Shown here: positions 20,459-29,871 of the stretch, one piece after another
Position numbering within the stretch: the stretch's first letter is position 1
Layout: each line of letters opens with the position of its first letter
Source: Candidatus Tepidifontimicrobium thermophilum
Lineage (GTDB): Bacteria > Sysuimicrobiota > Sysuimicrobiia > Sysuimicrobiales > Sysuimicrobiaceae
Direction of reading: 5' to 3'
DNA length: 64,000 nucleotides
NCBI GenBank assembly: GCA_031459915.1
Contig: JAVKHO010000003.1
Location: 64,001-128,000 of the forward strand
Made by a program: the position numbers and the translations under genes
The notes under the pieces: model-generated
Databases searched by the model: none
The model's input: only the letters and a program-made list of their open reading frames with translations
What the model was told of the DNA's origin: nothing

Positions 20459-21418
20459 ATGAAGCGGAAGGCGGTCTGGCTGTCGGTTGCGGGTGTCCTA
20501 GTGCTCGCCGTGAGCGTGGCGGCCCTGGGCCAGAGCCGCTACCCGACCAAACCGGTGGTGCTGGTGACTCACTCGAGCCCGGGGGCGGGTGGGGACATCT
20601 TCCTCCGCAACCTGGCCAAGCACCTGGAGGGCATCGTCCCAGTGCCCCTGGTGGTGGAGAACCGTCCCGGCGGCGCCTCGGCCCGCGCGGTGGCGTACGT
20701 GGCCACGAGCCCCAAGGATGGCTACGTCCTGTACGGCGCCACCCCCACCATGCTCCAGACGCCGCTGCTCACGAAGACCCAGTACTCGTACCTTGACCTC
20801 CAGCCCGTGGCCAACGTCTTCTTCGACCCCATGATCCTGTACGTGCGGGCGGAGTCTCCTTGGAAGAGCCTGAAGGACGTGGTGGACGAGGCGGCGCGCC
20901 GGCCTGGCCAGATCCGGTTCGGGGCGGCCACGCCAGGGTCCGTGGAGCACATGATCGCTTACCACCTCATGTCGGTGGCGAAGGTGAAGGTGCAGCCCGT
21001 GACCTTCGAGGGCGGGGGCGACCTACTGGTGGCCGTCCTGGGGGGCCACGTGGATCTGGGTGTGGGGGAGTACGCCGAGATCGCCTCCCAGGTACAGGCG
21101 GGCAAGGTGCGGGTGCTGAACTCCTTCACGGAGCAGCGGATCCCGGGGACCACCATCCCGACCGCGAAGGAGCTGGGCTTCCCCGTGGTGGTGGAGAAAT
21201 TCCGGGGGCTGCTGGGCCCCAAGGGCATGGACCCGGAGGCGGTGGCCTTCTGGGAGCGGGCCGTCCAGCAGGTGCTCCGCAAGCCCTCCTACCAGATGTA
21301 CTACCGGTCGGTCTACCAGGTGCCTGCGTACATGGACCACGTGCAGTACAAGCTGTACCTGGACCGGATGAACATGACCCTCCGCCGGTACCTGAAGTCC
21401 ATCGGGTTGATCCAGTAG
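20459..21418 (+). CDS. tctC: Tripartite tricarboxylate transporter binding protein
   Basis: Signal peptide; YPTKPV, PGAGGD, VENRPG, FEGGG..LGGHVD. Confidence 0.9.
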   Translation: MKRKAVWLSVAGVLVLAVSVAALGQSRYPTKPVVLVTHSSPGAGGDIFLRNLAKHLEGIVPVPLVVENRPGGASARAVAYVATSPKDGYVLYGATPTMLQTPLLTKTQYSYLDLQPVANVFFDPMILYVRAESPWKSLKDVVDEAARRPGQIRFGAATPGSVEHMIAYHLMSVAKVKVQPVTFEGGGDLLVAVLGGHVDLGVGEYAEIASQVQAGKVRVLNSFTEQRIPGTTIPTAKELGFPVVVEKFRGLLGPKGMDPEAVAFWERAVQQVLRKPSYQMYYRSVYQVPAYMDHVQYKLYLDRMNMTLRRYLKSIGLIQ

Positions 21419-21431
21419 TTAGGAGGGAGGG

Positions 21432-21884
21432 GTGCGCAGGGCTGACCTGGTGGCGGGCTTGAGCTTCCTGGCTGTCGCCGCAGTGTACTTTCACCAGTCC
21501 CTGTTCATCGTCCGCGGTTTCGCCAGCGACCGGCTCGGTCCCGCGTTCATGCCGAGGCTCCTCGCCGGGGCCCTGGCCCTTTTGGCCCTGGCGCTGCTGG
21601 CGCGGGCCGCCGCGGGAAGGTCGGAGGCCACTCCTCCCTCGCCGGCCCGGGTCGGGCTGCTCGCGGCCACCGTGGTCCTACTGGTGGCCTACGCCCTGGT
21701 GATGCCCAGGGCTGGGTTCCTGGTGGCGACACCGGCGTTCCTGGCGGCGGTGCTGGCCTGCCTGGGAGTCCGGGAGCCGGTTCCACTGGTCCTGGTGGCG
21801 GCGGGGGTCACCGCGGCCCTGTACGGGGTGTTCGGCCGGCTTTTAGGGGTGCTGTTGCCGCCCGGGCCGTTCGGGAGGCTGTGA
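21432..21884 (+). CDS. tctB: Tripartite tricarboxylate transporter small subunit
   Basis: Four hydrophobic segments, LGPAFMP, C-terminal LLP; lies between tctC and tctA. Confidence 0.88.
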   Translation: MRRADLVAGLSFLAVAAVYFHQSLFIVRGFASDRLGPAFMPRLLAGALALLALALLARAAAGRSEATPPSPARVGLLAATVVLLVAYALVMPRAGFLVATPAFLAAVLACLGVREPVPLVLVAAGVTAALYGVFGRLLGVLLPPGPFGRL

Positions 21885-23407
21885 TGCTGGAGCGGTTCGC
21901 CCTCGGTGCGCAGGTGGCGCTGCAGCCCTACGCCCTGCTGATGACCCTGCTGGGGGTCGCCTGGGGGATCCTCGGCGGGGCGCTGCCGGGAATCTCCGGA
22001 TCCATCGCCATGGCGTTGCTCCTTCCGTTCACCTTCGGCATGGATCCCGCGGTGGCCCTCATGATGCTGGCGGGCGTGTACGTGGGCGCCATGTACGGCG
22101 GATCCATCACCGCGATCCTGATCAGCACGCCCGGCACTCCTGGTTCCGCCATCACGGTGGTGGACGGGTATGCGCTTCACCAGCGGGGACAGAGCGGCAA
22201 GGCCCTCGGGGTTTCGCTGGTGACAGGGACGGTGGGAGGGATCGCGGGCGTGTTCCTCCTCGTGGCCTTCGCCGTCCCACTATCCCGGATCGCGCTGGCG
22301 TTCGGCCCGCCGGAGTACTTCGCCTTCGGGGTCTTCGGCTTAGCCCTCATCAGCAGTTTCGTGGGCCGGGACCTGGTCAAGGGCGGGATCTCCGCGGTGC
22401 TGGGTTTGATGCTGGCCACAGTGGGGACCGACCCCTTCAGCGGGACCCCGCGGTTCACCTTCGGCAGCGTGGACCTGGTGGGAGGCGTGGCGGCCGCGGC
22501 GGGCATGATCGGCCTGTTCGCGGTGTCGGAGATCTTCTACCAGATCGCCGAGGGCGTGGACTGGGAGCGGATCCGCGGCCGGTACACCACCGCGCTGCCT
22601 TCCCTGCTGGAGCTGTGGCGGCTGCGGGTAGCCACCGTCCTTGGGATCGTCTTCGGGACCATCGAGGGCCTGCTCCCGGGCGGGGGCGGGGCCATCGCGT
22701 CGTTCATCGCTTACAACGAGGCGAAGCGGTGGTCCAAACACCCCGAGGAGTTCGGCCGGGGTTCCCTGGAGGGAGTGGCCGCACCGGAGACGGCGAACAA
22801 CGTGGTCACGGCGACGGCCCTCATCCCCCTGTTGACCTTCGGGATCCCCGGTTCCAACTCCGCAGCCATCCTCCTCGCGGGGATGATGCTCCACGGCCTG
22901 CAGCCGGGTCCGGCCCTGTTCGACCGGACCCCGCACGTGGTCTACGGGCTGTTCGTGGGGCTGCTGGTGGCCAACCTGTTCATGCTGGGGCTGGGTCTGC
23001 TGGCCCTGCGGCCGTCCATCGCCCTGGTCAATGTGCGTCGCCCCTTCCTGCTGGCCGGGATCCTGGGGCTCGTTCTGGTGGGCGCCTACTCGATCAACAA
23101 CAGCATGGTGGAGGTATGGATCGTCCTGCTGACCGGGCTGGTGGGCTACTCCATGCGCCGGTACGGCTACAACGTCCTCGCCATGGTCCTGGGGTTCGTG
23201 CTGGGCTTCATGGTGGAGGCGAACCTGCGCCGGTCCCTGCTGATCTCTCTCGGTGATCCCTGGGTGTTCTTCACGCGTCCCATTTCGGCCTTGTTGCTGG
23301 CGCTGGCGGTGTTGACCTTCGCCTGGCCCATCCTCCGGCGCATTCGGGAGGAACGCCTGTCGGTGGCCGGCGCTGAGCAGGGGCTGGCGGAAAGGGCGGC
23401 CGGTTAG
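21881..23407 (+). CDS. tctA: Tripartite tricarboxylate transporter large subunit
   Basis: GALPG, YGGSITAIL..PGTP, FGPPEYF, VAAPETANN, GIPG. Confidence 0.93.
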   Translation: MMLERFALGAQVALQPYALLMTLLGVAWGILGGALPGISGSIAMALLLPFTFGMDPAVALMMLAGVYVGAMYGGSITAILISTPGTPGSAITVVDGYALHQRGQSGKALGVSLVTGTVGGIAGVFLLVAFAVPLSRIALAFGPPEYFAFGVFGLALISSFVGRDLVKGGISAVLGLMLATVGTDPFSGTPRFTFGSVDLVGGVAAAAGMIGLFAVSEIFYQIAEGVDWERIRGRYTTALPSLLELWRLRVATVLGIVFGTIEGLLPGGGGAIASFIAYNEAKRWSKHPEEFGRGSLEGVAAPETANNVVTATALIPLLTFGIPGSNSAAILLAGMMLHGLQPGPALFDRTPHVVYGLFVGLLVANLFMLGLGLLALRPSIALVNVRRPFLLAGILGLVLVGAYSINNSMVEVWIVLLTGLVGYSMRRYGYNVLAMVLGFVLGFMVEANLRRSLLISLGDPWVFFTRPISALLLALAVLTFAWPILRRIREERLSVAGAEQGLAERAAG

Positions 23408-23478
23408 GAGCGCGGGCGGGGCGGGGACGGAAAAGCCCCTGACCGTGCGAGGTCGCGGACGATCCCCGAGGTGGTGGA

Positions 23479-24249
23479 GTGGATCTCGGGCTGCGAGGGG
23501 AGCGCGTGCTGGTGGTGGGAGCGAGCCGGGGCGTCGGCCGCGCGGTGGCTCGGTTGCTGGCGGAGGAGGGAGCCCGACTGAGGTTGGTGGCCCGCGACGG
23601 AGAGGCGCTGGCGCGGTTGGCGGAGGAAATCCGGAAGCAGGGTGGGGAAGTGGAGTGGAGCGTCGCCGACGTGACCGACGCTGGGCAGACGGCCGCGGCC
23701 CTGCGGCAGATGTGTGGGGATGGGCTTGAGGCCGTAGTGCACGTGGCCGGAAGCGGGGTCCGGGTGCCCTTCTCGGAGGCTACGGAGGAAGTGTGGCGGG
23801 CCGCCCTCGAGTTGAACCTCCTCGCTGCCGTCCGCGTGATCCGTCTGGTCTTGCCCTGCCTGCGGGAAGGGGGCCGCATCGTGCTGCTGGGCGCGGCGTC
23901 CGGGAAGCGCCCCCACCCCGGCCAGTCGCCGTCCAACGCGGCGAAGGCAGCGTTGGCGAACCTCACCGCGAGCCTGGCTGAGGAGCTGGCCCCCCGCGTC
24001 ACGGTCAACTGCGTGGCCCCCGGACGCATCCTTACCGAACGCAGACTGCGGCGCCTGGAGGAAGCAGCGGCGCGTCGGGGGATCCCGCTGCAGGAGGCGG
24101 TGGCAGAGGATGCGGAGGACGTGCCCCTGGGCCGCCACGGGCGGCCGGAAGAGGTGGCGGCGGTGGTGGCCTTCTTGGCCTCCCCGCGGGCCAGCTACGT
24201 CACGGGCCAGACCATCGTGGTGGACGGAGGTTGGGTGAGGTCGGTGTGA
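23479..24249 (+). CDS. SDR-family oxidoreductase
   Basis: [13 protein letters not shown] (atypical, lacks the catalytic Tyr), VNCVAPG, ASYVTG..VDGG. Confidence 0.88.
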   Translation: MDLGLRGERVLVVGASRGVGRAVARLLAEEGARLRLVARDGEALARLAEEIRKQGGEVEWSVADVTDAGQTAAALRQMCGDGLEAVVHVAGSGVRVPFSEATEEVWRAALELNLLAAVRVIRLVLPCLREGGRIVLLGAASGKRPHPGQSPSNAAKAALANLTASLAEELAPRVTVNCVAPGRILTERRLRRLEEAAARRGIPLQEAVAEDAEDVPLGRHGRPEEVAAVVAFLASPRASYVTGQTIVVDGGWVRSV

Positions 24250-24770
24250 GCGCGGAGCAGGTCCTGGCCGCAGCCCTAGTGGTGGCCGCAGGAGTCACCG
24301 GAGGACTCGTAGGGATCCGGCTGCGGCTGCCGGCGGGGGCCCTTCTGGGTGGATTGCTAGGTGCCCTCGCAGCCTTGTCCCTGGTGGCGACGCAGATCCC
24401 TCCCGTGGATCCCTCGGTGCGCCGGTGGCTGCAGATCGCGGTGGGCATCACGCTGGGCTCCCGGGTCCGGCCGGATACCCTGCCGAACGTGCGGCGCGCA
24501 TCCCGGGCGGCCTTCCTAGTGGTGCTGGCGGCGTTGGTGGGCGCGGTGGGAGGGGCGTGGCTGCTCCGCGCCTTGGCCGGACTGGAATGGGGGACCGCCC
24601 TACTGGCGGCCACCCCCGGGGGGATGCCGGAGATGGTACTGATCGCCATGGCCCTGGATCGCCCGGTAGATCTGGTGACCACGGTCCAGCTGGTGCGGGT
24701 GGTGACCACCTTGCTGGTGACCCTGCCGCTGGTGCGCCTGTGGTTACGCCGCGCGGAGGTGGACGGTTGA
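24246..24770 (+). CDS. AbrB-family membrane protein, single repeat
   Basis: [32 protein letters not shown]. Confidence 0.75.
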   Translation: MSAEQVLAAALVVAAGVTGGLVGIRLRLPAGALLGGLLGALAALSLVATQIPPVDPSVRRWLQIAVGITLGSRVRPDTLPNVRRASRAAFLVVLAALVGAVGGAWLLRALAGLEWGTALLAATPGGMPEMVLIAMALDRPVDLVTTVQLVRVVTTLLVTLPLVRLWLRRAEVDG

Positions 24771-25252
24771 AGGAGCTGCTGGTGACGCTGACTGTGGGGG
24801 TGGGAGCCGGCTGGGCCGCCCTGTGGCTGGGCGTGCCGGCGGGCGGTCTGGTGGGTTCCATGGTGGCGGTGGCGGCCCTGCGCCTCGTAGGGGGGCCCGT
24901 GCGGGAGCTCTCCCTCCACGTGCGGCGTGGGGTGCAGCTGGCGGTGGGGATCATCCTGGCGGTGTCCGCCAGCTGGCACCCGGAGGTCGCACGGCGGGTG
25001 CTTTTACCGGCCCTGGGCCTCACTGCCTACCTGCTGGCTGTCTCCGCGGTCATCGCGTGGGGAGTGGGAACCGTGACGCGCTGGCCGTGGCCGGTGGCGT
25101 TCCTCAGCTCCGCACCTGCGGGCCTGACGGAAATCTCCATGGCCGCGGACGACATGGGACTGGACGCACCCTCCATCGCGTCCCTGCACGTGGCGCGGGT
25201 CATCACCGTGATCGCCTGCGTGCCGTGGCTCGTGGCGTGGGCCGCGGGGTAG
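24767..25252 (+). CDS. AbrB-family membrane protein, second single repeat
   Basis: TTG start in a TTGA overlap; PAGGLVG, QLAVG, APAGLTEI, HVAR. Confidence 0.72.
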   Translation: MKELLVTLTVGVGAGWAALWLGVPAGGLVGSMVAVAALRLVGGPVRELSLHVRRGVQLAVGIILAVSASWHPEVARRVLLPALGLTAYLLAVSAVIAWGVGTVTRWPWPVAFLSSAPAGLTEISMAADDMGLDAPSIASLHVARVITVIACVPWLVAWAAG

Positions 25253-25494
25253 GCCCATGGGCGCAGTCGCTGCAGCGCGTTCGGCACCGACACGCTGAGG
25301 GTCAGGCGCGGTAGGGAAGAGCTCCACCTCGCGGTTCCCCCGACCCGAGAGGCGACGAACGTCTGGGGACTGTCCAGGGTCTGGAGCCGCGCCGGGAAAA
25401 CGTGGCGGACCAGCCGGGGCCGAGTTGGTCTGCGCCGTCTGTCAGGCGTTAACCATCCGCGGGCCGGCGTGAAACCGGGCCCTGTGCGCTCCGA

Positions 25495-25569
25495 TGGTGG
25501 AGACGACCGGATTCGAACCGGCGACCCCCTGGTTGCAAACCAGGTGCTCTCCCGCTGAGCTACGTCCCC
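25495..25569 (-). tRNA. tRNA-Ala(TGC)
   Basis: GGGGACGTAGCTCAGCGGGAGAGCACCTGGTTTGCAACCAGGGGGTCGCCGGTTCGAATCCGGTCGTCTCCACCA; G3.U70 pair, encoded CCA. Confidence 0.97.
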
Positions 25570-25625
25570 AAGCCCGTCCTTTAGCATACCACCGCGCCGG
25601 ACCAACCCGGGCGCCGGTGTTGCCC

Positions 25626-25687
25626 CCGTCCCCTTGGCTCTGTCCCCCGGGACCTGTCCCCTGGGGCCCTGTCCCCCTGGGCCCGTC
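25626..25687. repeat. Degenerate ~14-15 bp tandem repeat (CTGTCCCC-core), about 4 copies
   Basis: cgtccccttggct/ctgtcccccgggac/ctgtcccctggggcc/ctgtccccctgggcc, intergenic. Confidence 0.6.
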
Positions 25688-25727
25688 GCAGTGGTCCCGC
25701 GGCCTTTGGAGGCCTGGCATCGGTAAC

Positions 25728-27278
25728 CTAGCGGTACTTGATGCTGGTCACCTTGGGCTGCAGGAAGTATAGGAGGTAATCGGGGCCGCCGACCTTGGCG
25801 TCCGTTCCGCTCATGTTGAAGCCGCCGAAGGGATGGACCCCCACCAGCGCCCCCGTGCACTTCCGGTTGATGTACAGATTGCCGCAGTGGAACTCGGCTC
25901 GCGCCTTTGCGATGCGGTCCGGATCCCGGGTGAACACCGCCCCCGTGAGCCCGTAGTCGGTGGCGTTGGCGATCTCCAGAGCGTGGTCGAAGTCGCGCGC
26001 GCGGATCACGGCCACCACGGGGCCGAAGATCTCCTCCTGGGCGATCCGGGCATGGGGGCTCACGTCTGCGAACACCGTGGGCTGGATGTAGTAGCCTTCC
26101 CCGTCCCCGGACTCCCCGCCACACAGCAGCCGCCCCTCGCGCTTTCCTACCTCGATGTACTCCAGGATGGTGCGATACGCGCGTTCGTTGATCACCGGAC
26201 CCACGGGGTAGTTGTCCTTCGCGGGCCCCACCTGCAGGGCCCGCACGCGCTCCACAAAGGCCTCCACAACTCGGTCGTAGACCGGACCGGTCACCACCAG
26301 CCGCGAGCCCGCGGAGCACTTCTGCCCTTGGTACCCGTACCCGGAGACCACCGCGGCGGCCACCGCCTCCTCCAGGTCCGCGTCCTCCGCGACCACCACC
26401 GCGTTCTTGCCTCCCATTTCCGCGATGACCCGCTTGAGCCATACCTGCCCCGGCTGGACCCTGGCGGCCTGCTCGTAGATCCGGCAGCCCACCTCCCGAG
26501 AGCCGGTGAAGGCGACCATCCGCACCCGTGGGTGGGTTACGAGCGAGTCCCCGACGACGGAACCGGAGCCGGGGACGACGTTGAGGACCCCGGGCGGTAG
26601 GCCTGCCTGCTCCATGACCTCCACGAACGTGTAGACGGTAGCTGGGGCGTCACTGCTCGGCTTGAGGACGACCGTGTTCCCGGCCGCGATGGCGCCGAGG
26701 GCCATCCCCATGGGGATGGCCAGGGGGAAGTTCCACGGCGGGATCACCGCCACCACCCCCAGTGGCTCGTACGTGTAGTACGAGACCTCCTGCGGGTGGG
26801 GGGTTGTGGGCTTGCCCTCCGCGTACCGCAGGATCTCCCGGGCGAAGTACTCCAGGTGGTCGATGGCCTCCGCCACGTCCGCGTCCGCCTCTGCCCAGTT
26901 CTTGCCCACCTCCAGCACCATCCACGCCGCGGCCTCGAACTTCCGGCGGCGGAGGAGTTCCGCGGCGCGCAGGAACAGTGCGGCCTTCTCCTCCGGCGGC
27001 ACTCGCTTCCACAGGGGAAACGCCAGCCACGCCGCGTCCACCGCGCGATCCACCAGCTCCGGGGAGCCCAGGGGCGCCCGGGCCACCACCTCGTCCTTCT
27101 TCGAGGGGTTGCGGGAGTCGAACCGGTCGCGCGCGTGCAGCCGCTCGCCCCCCACGACCGCGGGGAGCTCCAGGCCCACCCGCGCCTGCACGGCAGCGAT
27201 CGCCTCCCGCATGGCCTTCTGATTGACGTCCGAGCTGAAGTCCGTGAAGGGCTCGTTGCGGAACTCGGGTAAGGCCAT
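25728..27278 (-). CDS. pruA: 1-pyrroline-5-carboxylate (glutamate semialdehyde) dehydrogenase
   Basis: FRNEPFTDF, PPWNFP, FTGS, EMGGKN, GQKCSA, EEIFGP, PFGGFNMSGT, GGPDYL. Confidence 0.93.
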   Translation of the reverse strand: MALPEFRNEPFTDFSSDVNQKAMREAIAAVQARVGLELPAVVGGERLHARDRFDSRNPSKKDEVVARAPLGSPELVDRAVDAAWLAFPLWKRVPPEEKAALFLRAAELLRRRKFEAAAWMVLEVGKNWAEADADVAEAIDHLEYFAREILRYAEGKPTTPHPQEVSYYTYEPLGVVAVIPPWNFPLAIPMGMALGAIAAGNTVVLKPSSDAPATVYTFVEVMEQAGLPPGVLNVVPGSGSVVGDSLVTHPRVRMVAFTGSREVGCRIYEQAARVQPGQVWLKRVIAEMGGKNAVVVAEDADLEEAVAAAVVSGYGYQGQKCSAGSRLVVTGPVYDRVVEAFVERVRALQVGPAKDNYPVGPVINERAYRTILEYIEVGKREGRLLCGGESGDGEGYYIQPTVFADVSPHARIAQEEIFGPVVAVIRARDFDHALEIANATDYGLTGAVFTRDPDRIAKARAEFHCGNLYINRKCTGALVGVHPFGGFNMSGTDAKVGGPDYLLYFLQPKVTSIKYR

Positions 27279-27439
27279 GCGTCACCCCCAAGCGTATTGC
27301 CAGCGGCCCCATTATAGCCGCACGCGACCGGCGCGGGGCGAACCGGTGTCAGCCCCGGCTGGGCACTCCCAGGGCTGGCTGGGGCACGGAGCCAGTTCGG
27401 GGGCCCGGGCCCCCTTGCGGGGAGTCCAGGGATCTGATA

Positions 27440-27461
27440 TTGTCACAATCAACTATGACAA
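27440..27461. promoter_or_regulatory. Inverted repeat TTGTCA-N10-TGACAA overlapping the GntR start (autoregulatory operator candidate)
   Basis: Perfect 6-bp arms in an AT-rich patch. Confidence 0.55.
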
Positions 27462-28471
27462 AAGGCCAAAATCGTGCCGCGCTACACCCTCCCCTGGCGG
27501 TGGACAGCCGGCTCGCTGAACCGCTGCAGGCACAGCTGGCAGAGCAGATCCGCTGGCTGGTGGCCCTGGGCGAGCTCAAAGCCGGAGACCGCTTGCCCAC
27601 CGTCGAGGAGCTGGCACGGCACCTGCGGGTGCACCGGAACACGGTGGCCGCGGTCTATGCGAGCCTGCAGGAGGAAGGCTACCTGGTGTCGCGCCGAGGC
27701 GCGGGCACCTTCGTGGCAGACGCCGAGGCGACGCGAGCGGCGCTGCAGCGGGCGGCCCTGCGGGAGGTGGTGGAGCGGGCGCTGGAACGGGCCGCGGAGA
27801 TGGGGTTCACGCCTGAGGAGTTTGCGGAGGCGGCGGGGGCCCTGGCGCGCATGCAGGAGGCGCGTCGGATGCAGCGGCGCGTGCTGTTCGTCGAGTGCAA
27901 CGTGCCGGAGATCCAGCAACACAGCCGTACCCTCAACCGGGAACTTGGCGTGGCGGTGGAGGGTGTGCACCTGGACGACGTCCGTCGTGACCCCGCTGGA
28001 TTCCGTCGGCAGGCTGCGGAGGTCGGTTGCGTGGTGACGACGTTCTTTCACTTCGAGGAAGTACAGCGCGTCATCCGGCGCGCCGCGGAAGTGGTGGGCC
28101 TGGGAGCCGGACTCGAAATTCGGTTCCTGCGCTCCCTAGCACAGCTGCCCGCGGGGACGCGGGTGGCGGTTTGCTGCCTGGACCGTGAGCGGGCTGCGAG
28201 AGTCCGTACCCTCGTGGTCAACGCGGGGGTTCGCCACCTGGCTGTGGTGGCAGTGGGGGTGGACGCCCCGGACCGCTTTCGACGGGCCCTGAGGGACGCA
28301 CAGGAGGTGTACGTGTCCGCCGCGGCCTACCCCGTGGCGAAGCGCTTGGTCGGGGAACAGGGTCGGCTGCACACATACCAGATGGAACTGGACCGCGCCA
28401 GCCTGGAGATGCTAAGGGCCAGGCTGGCGGAGATGCCTGCGAGGCTGCGGCCTCAGCGGAGGCGGACCTGA
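27455..28471 (+). CDS. GntR-family regulator, YtrA-like HTH plus long C-terminal domain (PlmA-like)
   Basis: PLQAQLAEQIR..GDRLPTVEELA..VHRNTV..GAGTFV followed by about 220 aa of alpha/beta domain. Confidence 0.85.
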   Translation: MTKGQNRAALHPPLAVDSRLAEPLQAQLAEQIRWLVALGELKAGDRLPTVEELARHLRVHRNTVAAVYASLQEEGYLVSRRGAGTFVADAEATRAALQRAALREVVERALERAAEMGFTPEEFAEAAGALARMQEARRMQRRVLFVECNVPEIQQHSRTLNRELGVAVEGVHLDDVRRDPAGFRRQAAEVGCVVTTFFHFEEVQRVIRRAAEVVGLGAGLEIRFLRSLAQLPAGTRVAVCCLDRERAARVRTLVVNAGVRHLAVVAVGVDAPDRFRRALRDAQEVYVSAAAYPVAKRLVGEQGRLHTYQMELDRASLEMLRARLAEMPARLRPQRRRT

Positions 28472-28547
28472 ACCGCGGCGCAGCGGGGTGGAAGATCCCG
28501 CTGGACGGTGCTGCCCCCAAGTCGTGAGCCAGGGGCGAGGAGGCGGG

Positions 28548-29507
28548 ATGAGCGCGCGGCAGGAAGTGCGGGACGGGGCGGAGAGGGGCGTGTGGCTGGC
28601 CCTTGCAACGGTGTACCTCGTGTGGGGATCCTCCTACCTCGGCATCCGGGTAGCGCTGGAAGGGTTCCCCCCGTTCCTGCTCGGGGCTGGTCGGTTCATC
28701 GTCGCGGGCCTGGCCCTGTACGTGTTCCTGCGCTTGCGCGGCGAGCGGGCTCCCACGGCGGCGGAGTGGAAGGGGGCGGGTGTCGTGGGCCTGCTGCTGC
28801 TCGTGGGCGGGAACGGGCTCGTGACGTTCGCGCAGCAGTGGGTGGCATCCGGGCTCGCGTCCGTAGTCGTGGCCACGGTGCCCCTGTGGGCCGGGGTGTT
28901 CTCGGGGCTGTCGGGCCACTGGCCCAACCGGTGGGAGCGCTCGGGTCTTCTCCTCGGGTTCGCGGGAGTCGCGCTGCTGCAGGGGGAACAGGGCCTGCGG
29001 GGCCAGCCCGCGGCTGCCGCGGCCCTAGTCCTCGCGGCGGTTCTGTGGGCCGCGGGGTCCGTGTGGAGCCAGCGGGTGCGACTCCCCTCAGGGCTCTTGG
29101 GGAGTGCGGCACAGATGATCGTGGGTGGCGCGGCGCTGCTGGGGATGTCGCTATTAGGCGGCGAGCGCTTGGACGGCCCCGTACCCGTCCGCGCATGGGT
29201 AGCGGCCGGCTACCTGACGGTATTCGGGTCCCTTCTGGCGTTCAGCGCGTACGCCTACCTCCTGCGGCGAGTGCGGCCGGGGCTCGCTACGAGCCACGCG
29301 TATGTCAACCCCGTGGTGGCGGTGACCTTAGGGGGGCTGGTGATGGGCGAAGCGGTGAGCCTGCCGGGCTTGGGAGGGATCGGGCTGACCTTGGCGGGCG
29401 TGTTGTTGGTGCTGATAGGACGGGAGGTTCGCCAGGAACGGAAGACACGGGTGCAGGCCACAGACAACCGAGGAGGTGCGGGGTGCTACACGACACGTGG
29501 TTGCTGA
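28548..29507 (+). CDS. EamA/DMT-family transporter (YedA-like)
   Basis: VYLVWGSSYL, GGNG, GSLLAFSAY, AYVNPVVAV; about 10 TM segments. Confidence 0.9.
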   Translation: MSARQEVRDGAERGVWLALATVYLVWGSSYLGIRVALEGFPPFLLGAGRFIVAGLALYVFLRLRGERAPTAAEWKGAGVVGLLLLVGGNGLVTFAQQWVASGLASVVVATVPLWAGVFSGLSGHWPNRWERSGLLLGFAGVALLQGEQGLRGQPAAAAALVLAAVLWAAGSVWSQRVRLPSGLLGSAAQMIVGGAALLGMSLLGGERLDGPVPVRAWVAAGYLTVFGSLLAFSAYAYLLRRVRPGLATSHAYVNPVVAVTLGGLVMGEAVSLPGLGGIGLTLAGVLLVLIGREVRQERKTRVQATDNRGGAGCYTTRGC

Positions 29508-29689
29508 TGGAGCTGGCCGCGCAGCGTATCAGGCAGGAGCTGCGGGATGCGGAGACTGCTCGCAGGGCGCGGCTGGCGGAGGCAACTTTCCACGCGCCGG
29601 GCGGGGCCCGGGGGGGCAGAGGGGTCGTCTTGGCCGTTTGGGGCGCCGTGCGTGGGGCGGCGTACGCGGTGGCGCGGGCCGTGCGTTGA
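29483..29689 (+). CDS. Small hypothetical protein (68 aa)
   Basis: AGGAGG RBS then GTG; MLHDTWLLMELAAQRIRQELRDAETARRARLA... Confidence 0.55.
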   Translation: MLHDTWLLMELAAQRIRQELRDAETARRARLAEATFHAPGGARGGRGVVLAVWGAVRGAAYAVARAVR

Positions 29690-29696
29690 GAGCGGC

Positions 29697-29871
29697 TTGC
29701 GCGTTGGAGGGCGACGTGGTAGCGTAGCAGGGTCGTCATTGCTGGACCCGGGGTGCGAGAGACCCCCGGTGTGTTTCGCGGGCCTTCTTCGGTCGGGGAC
29801 GGGTCGGGCGAGACACGGGGTGCCGACACCGAAACCCCGCGGCGGTGTCCGCGGCCGAAGGAGGCGGAAGA
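29697..29871 (+). promoter_or_regulatory. Promoter and structured 5' leader of the DEAD-box helicase gene
   Basis: TTGCGC-N17-TAGCGT with a TG extension; 29782-29795 is complementary to the SD-containing 29852-29865. Confidence 0.55.

Noticed and set aside
6314..25569. Genomic island integrated at tRNA-Ala
   Set aside because: No integrase, no convincing att duplication (TGGTGGAGACG near 18805 is a short match inside a CDS), no obvious compositional shift by eye
25626..25687. Possible CRISPR array
   Set aside because: Units are 14-15 nt and degenerate with no unique spacers; no cas genes
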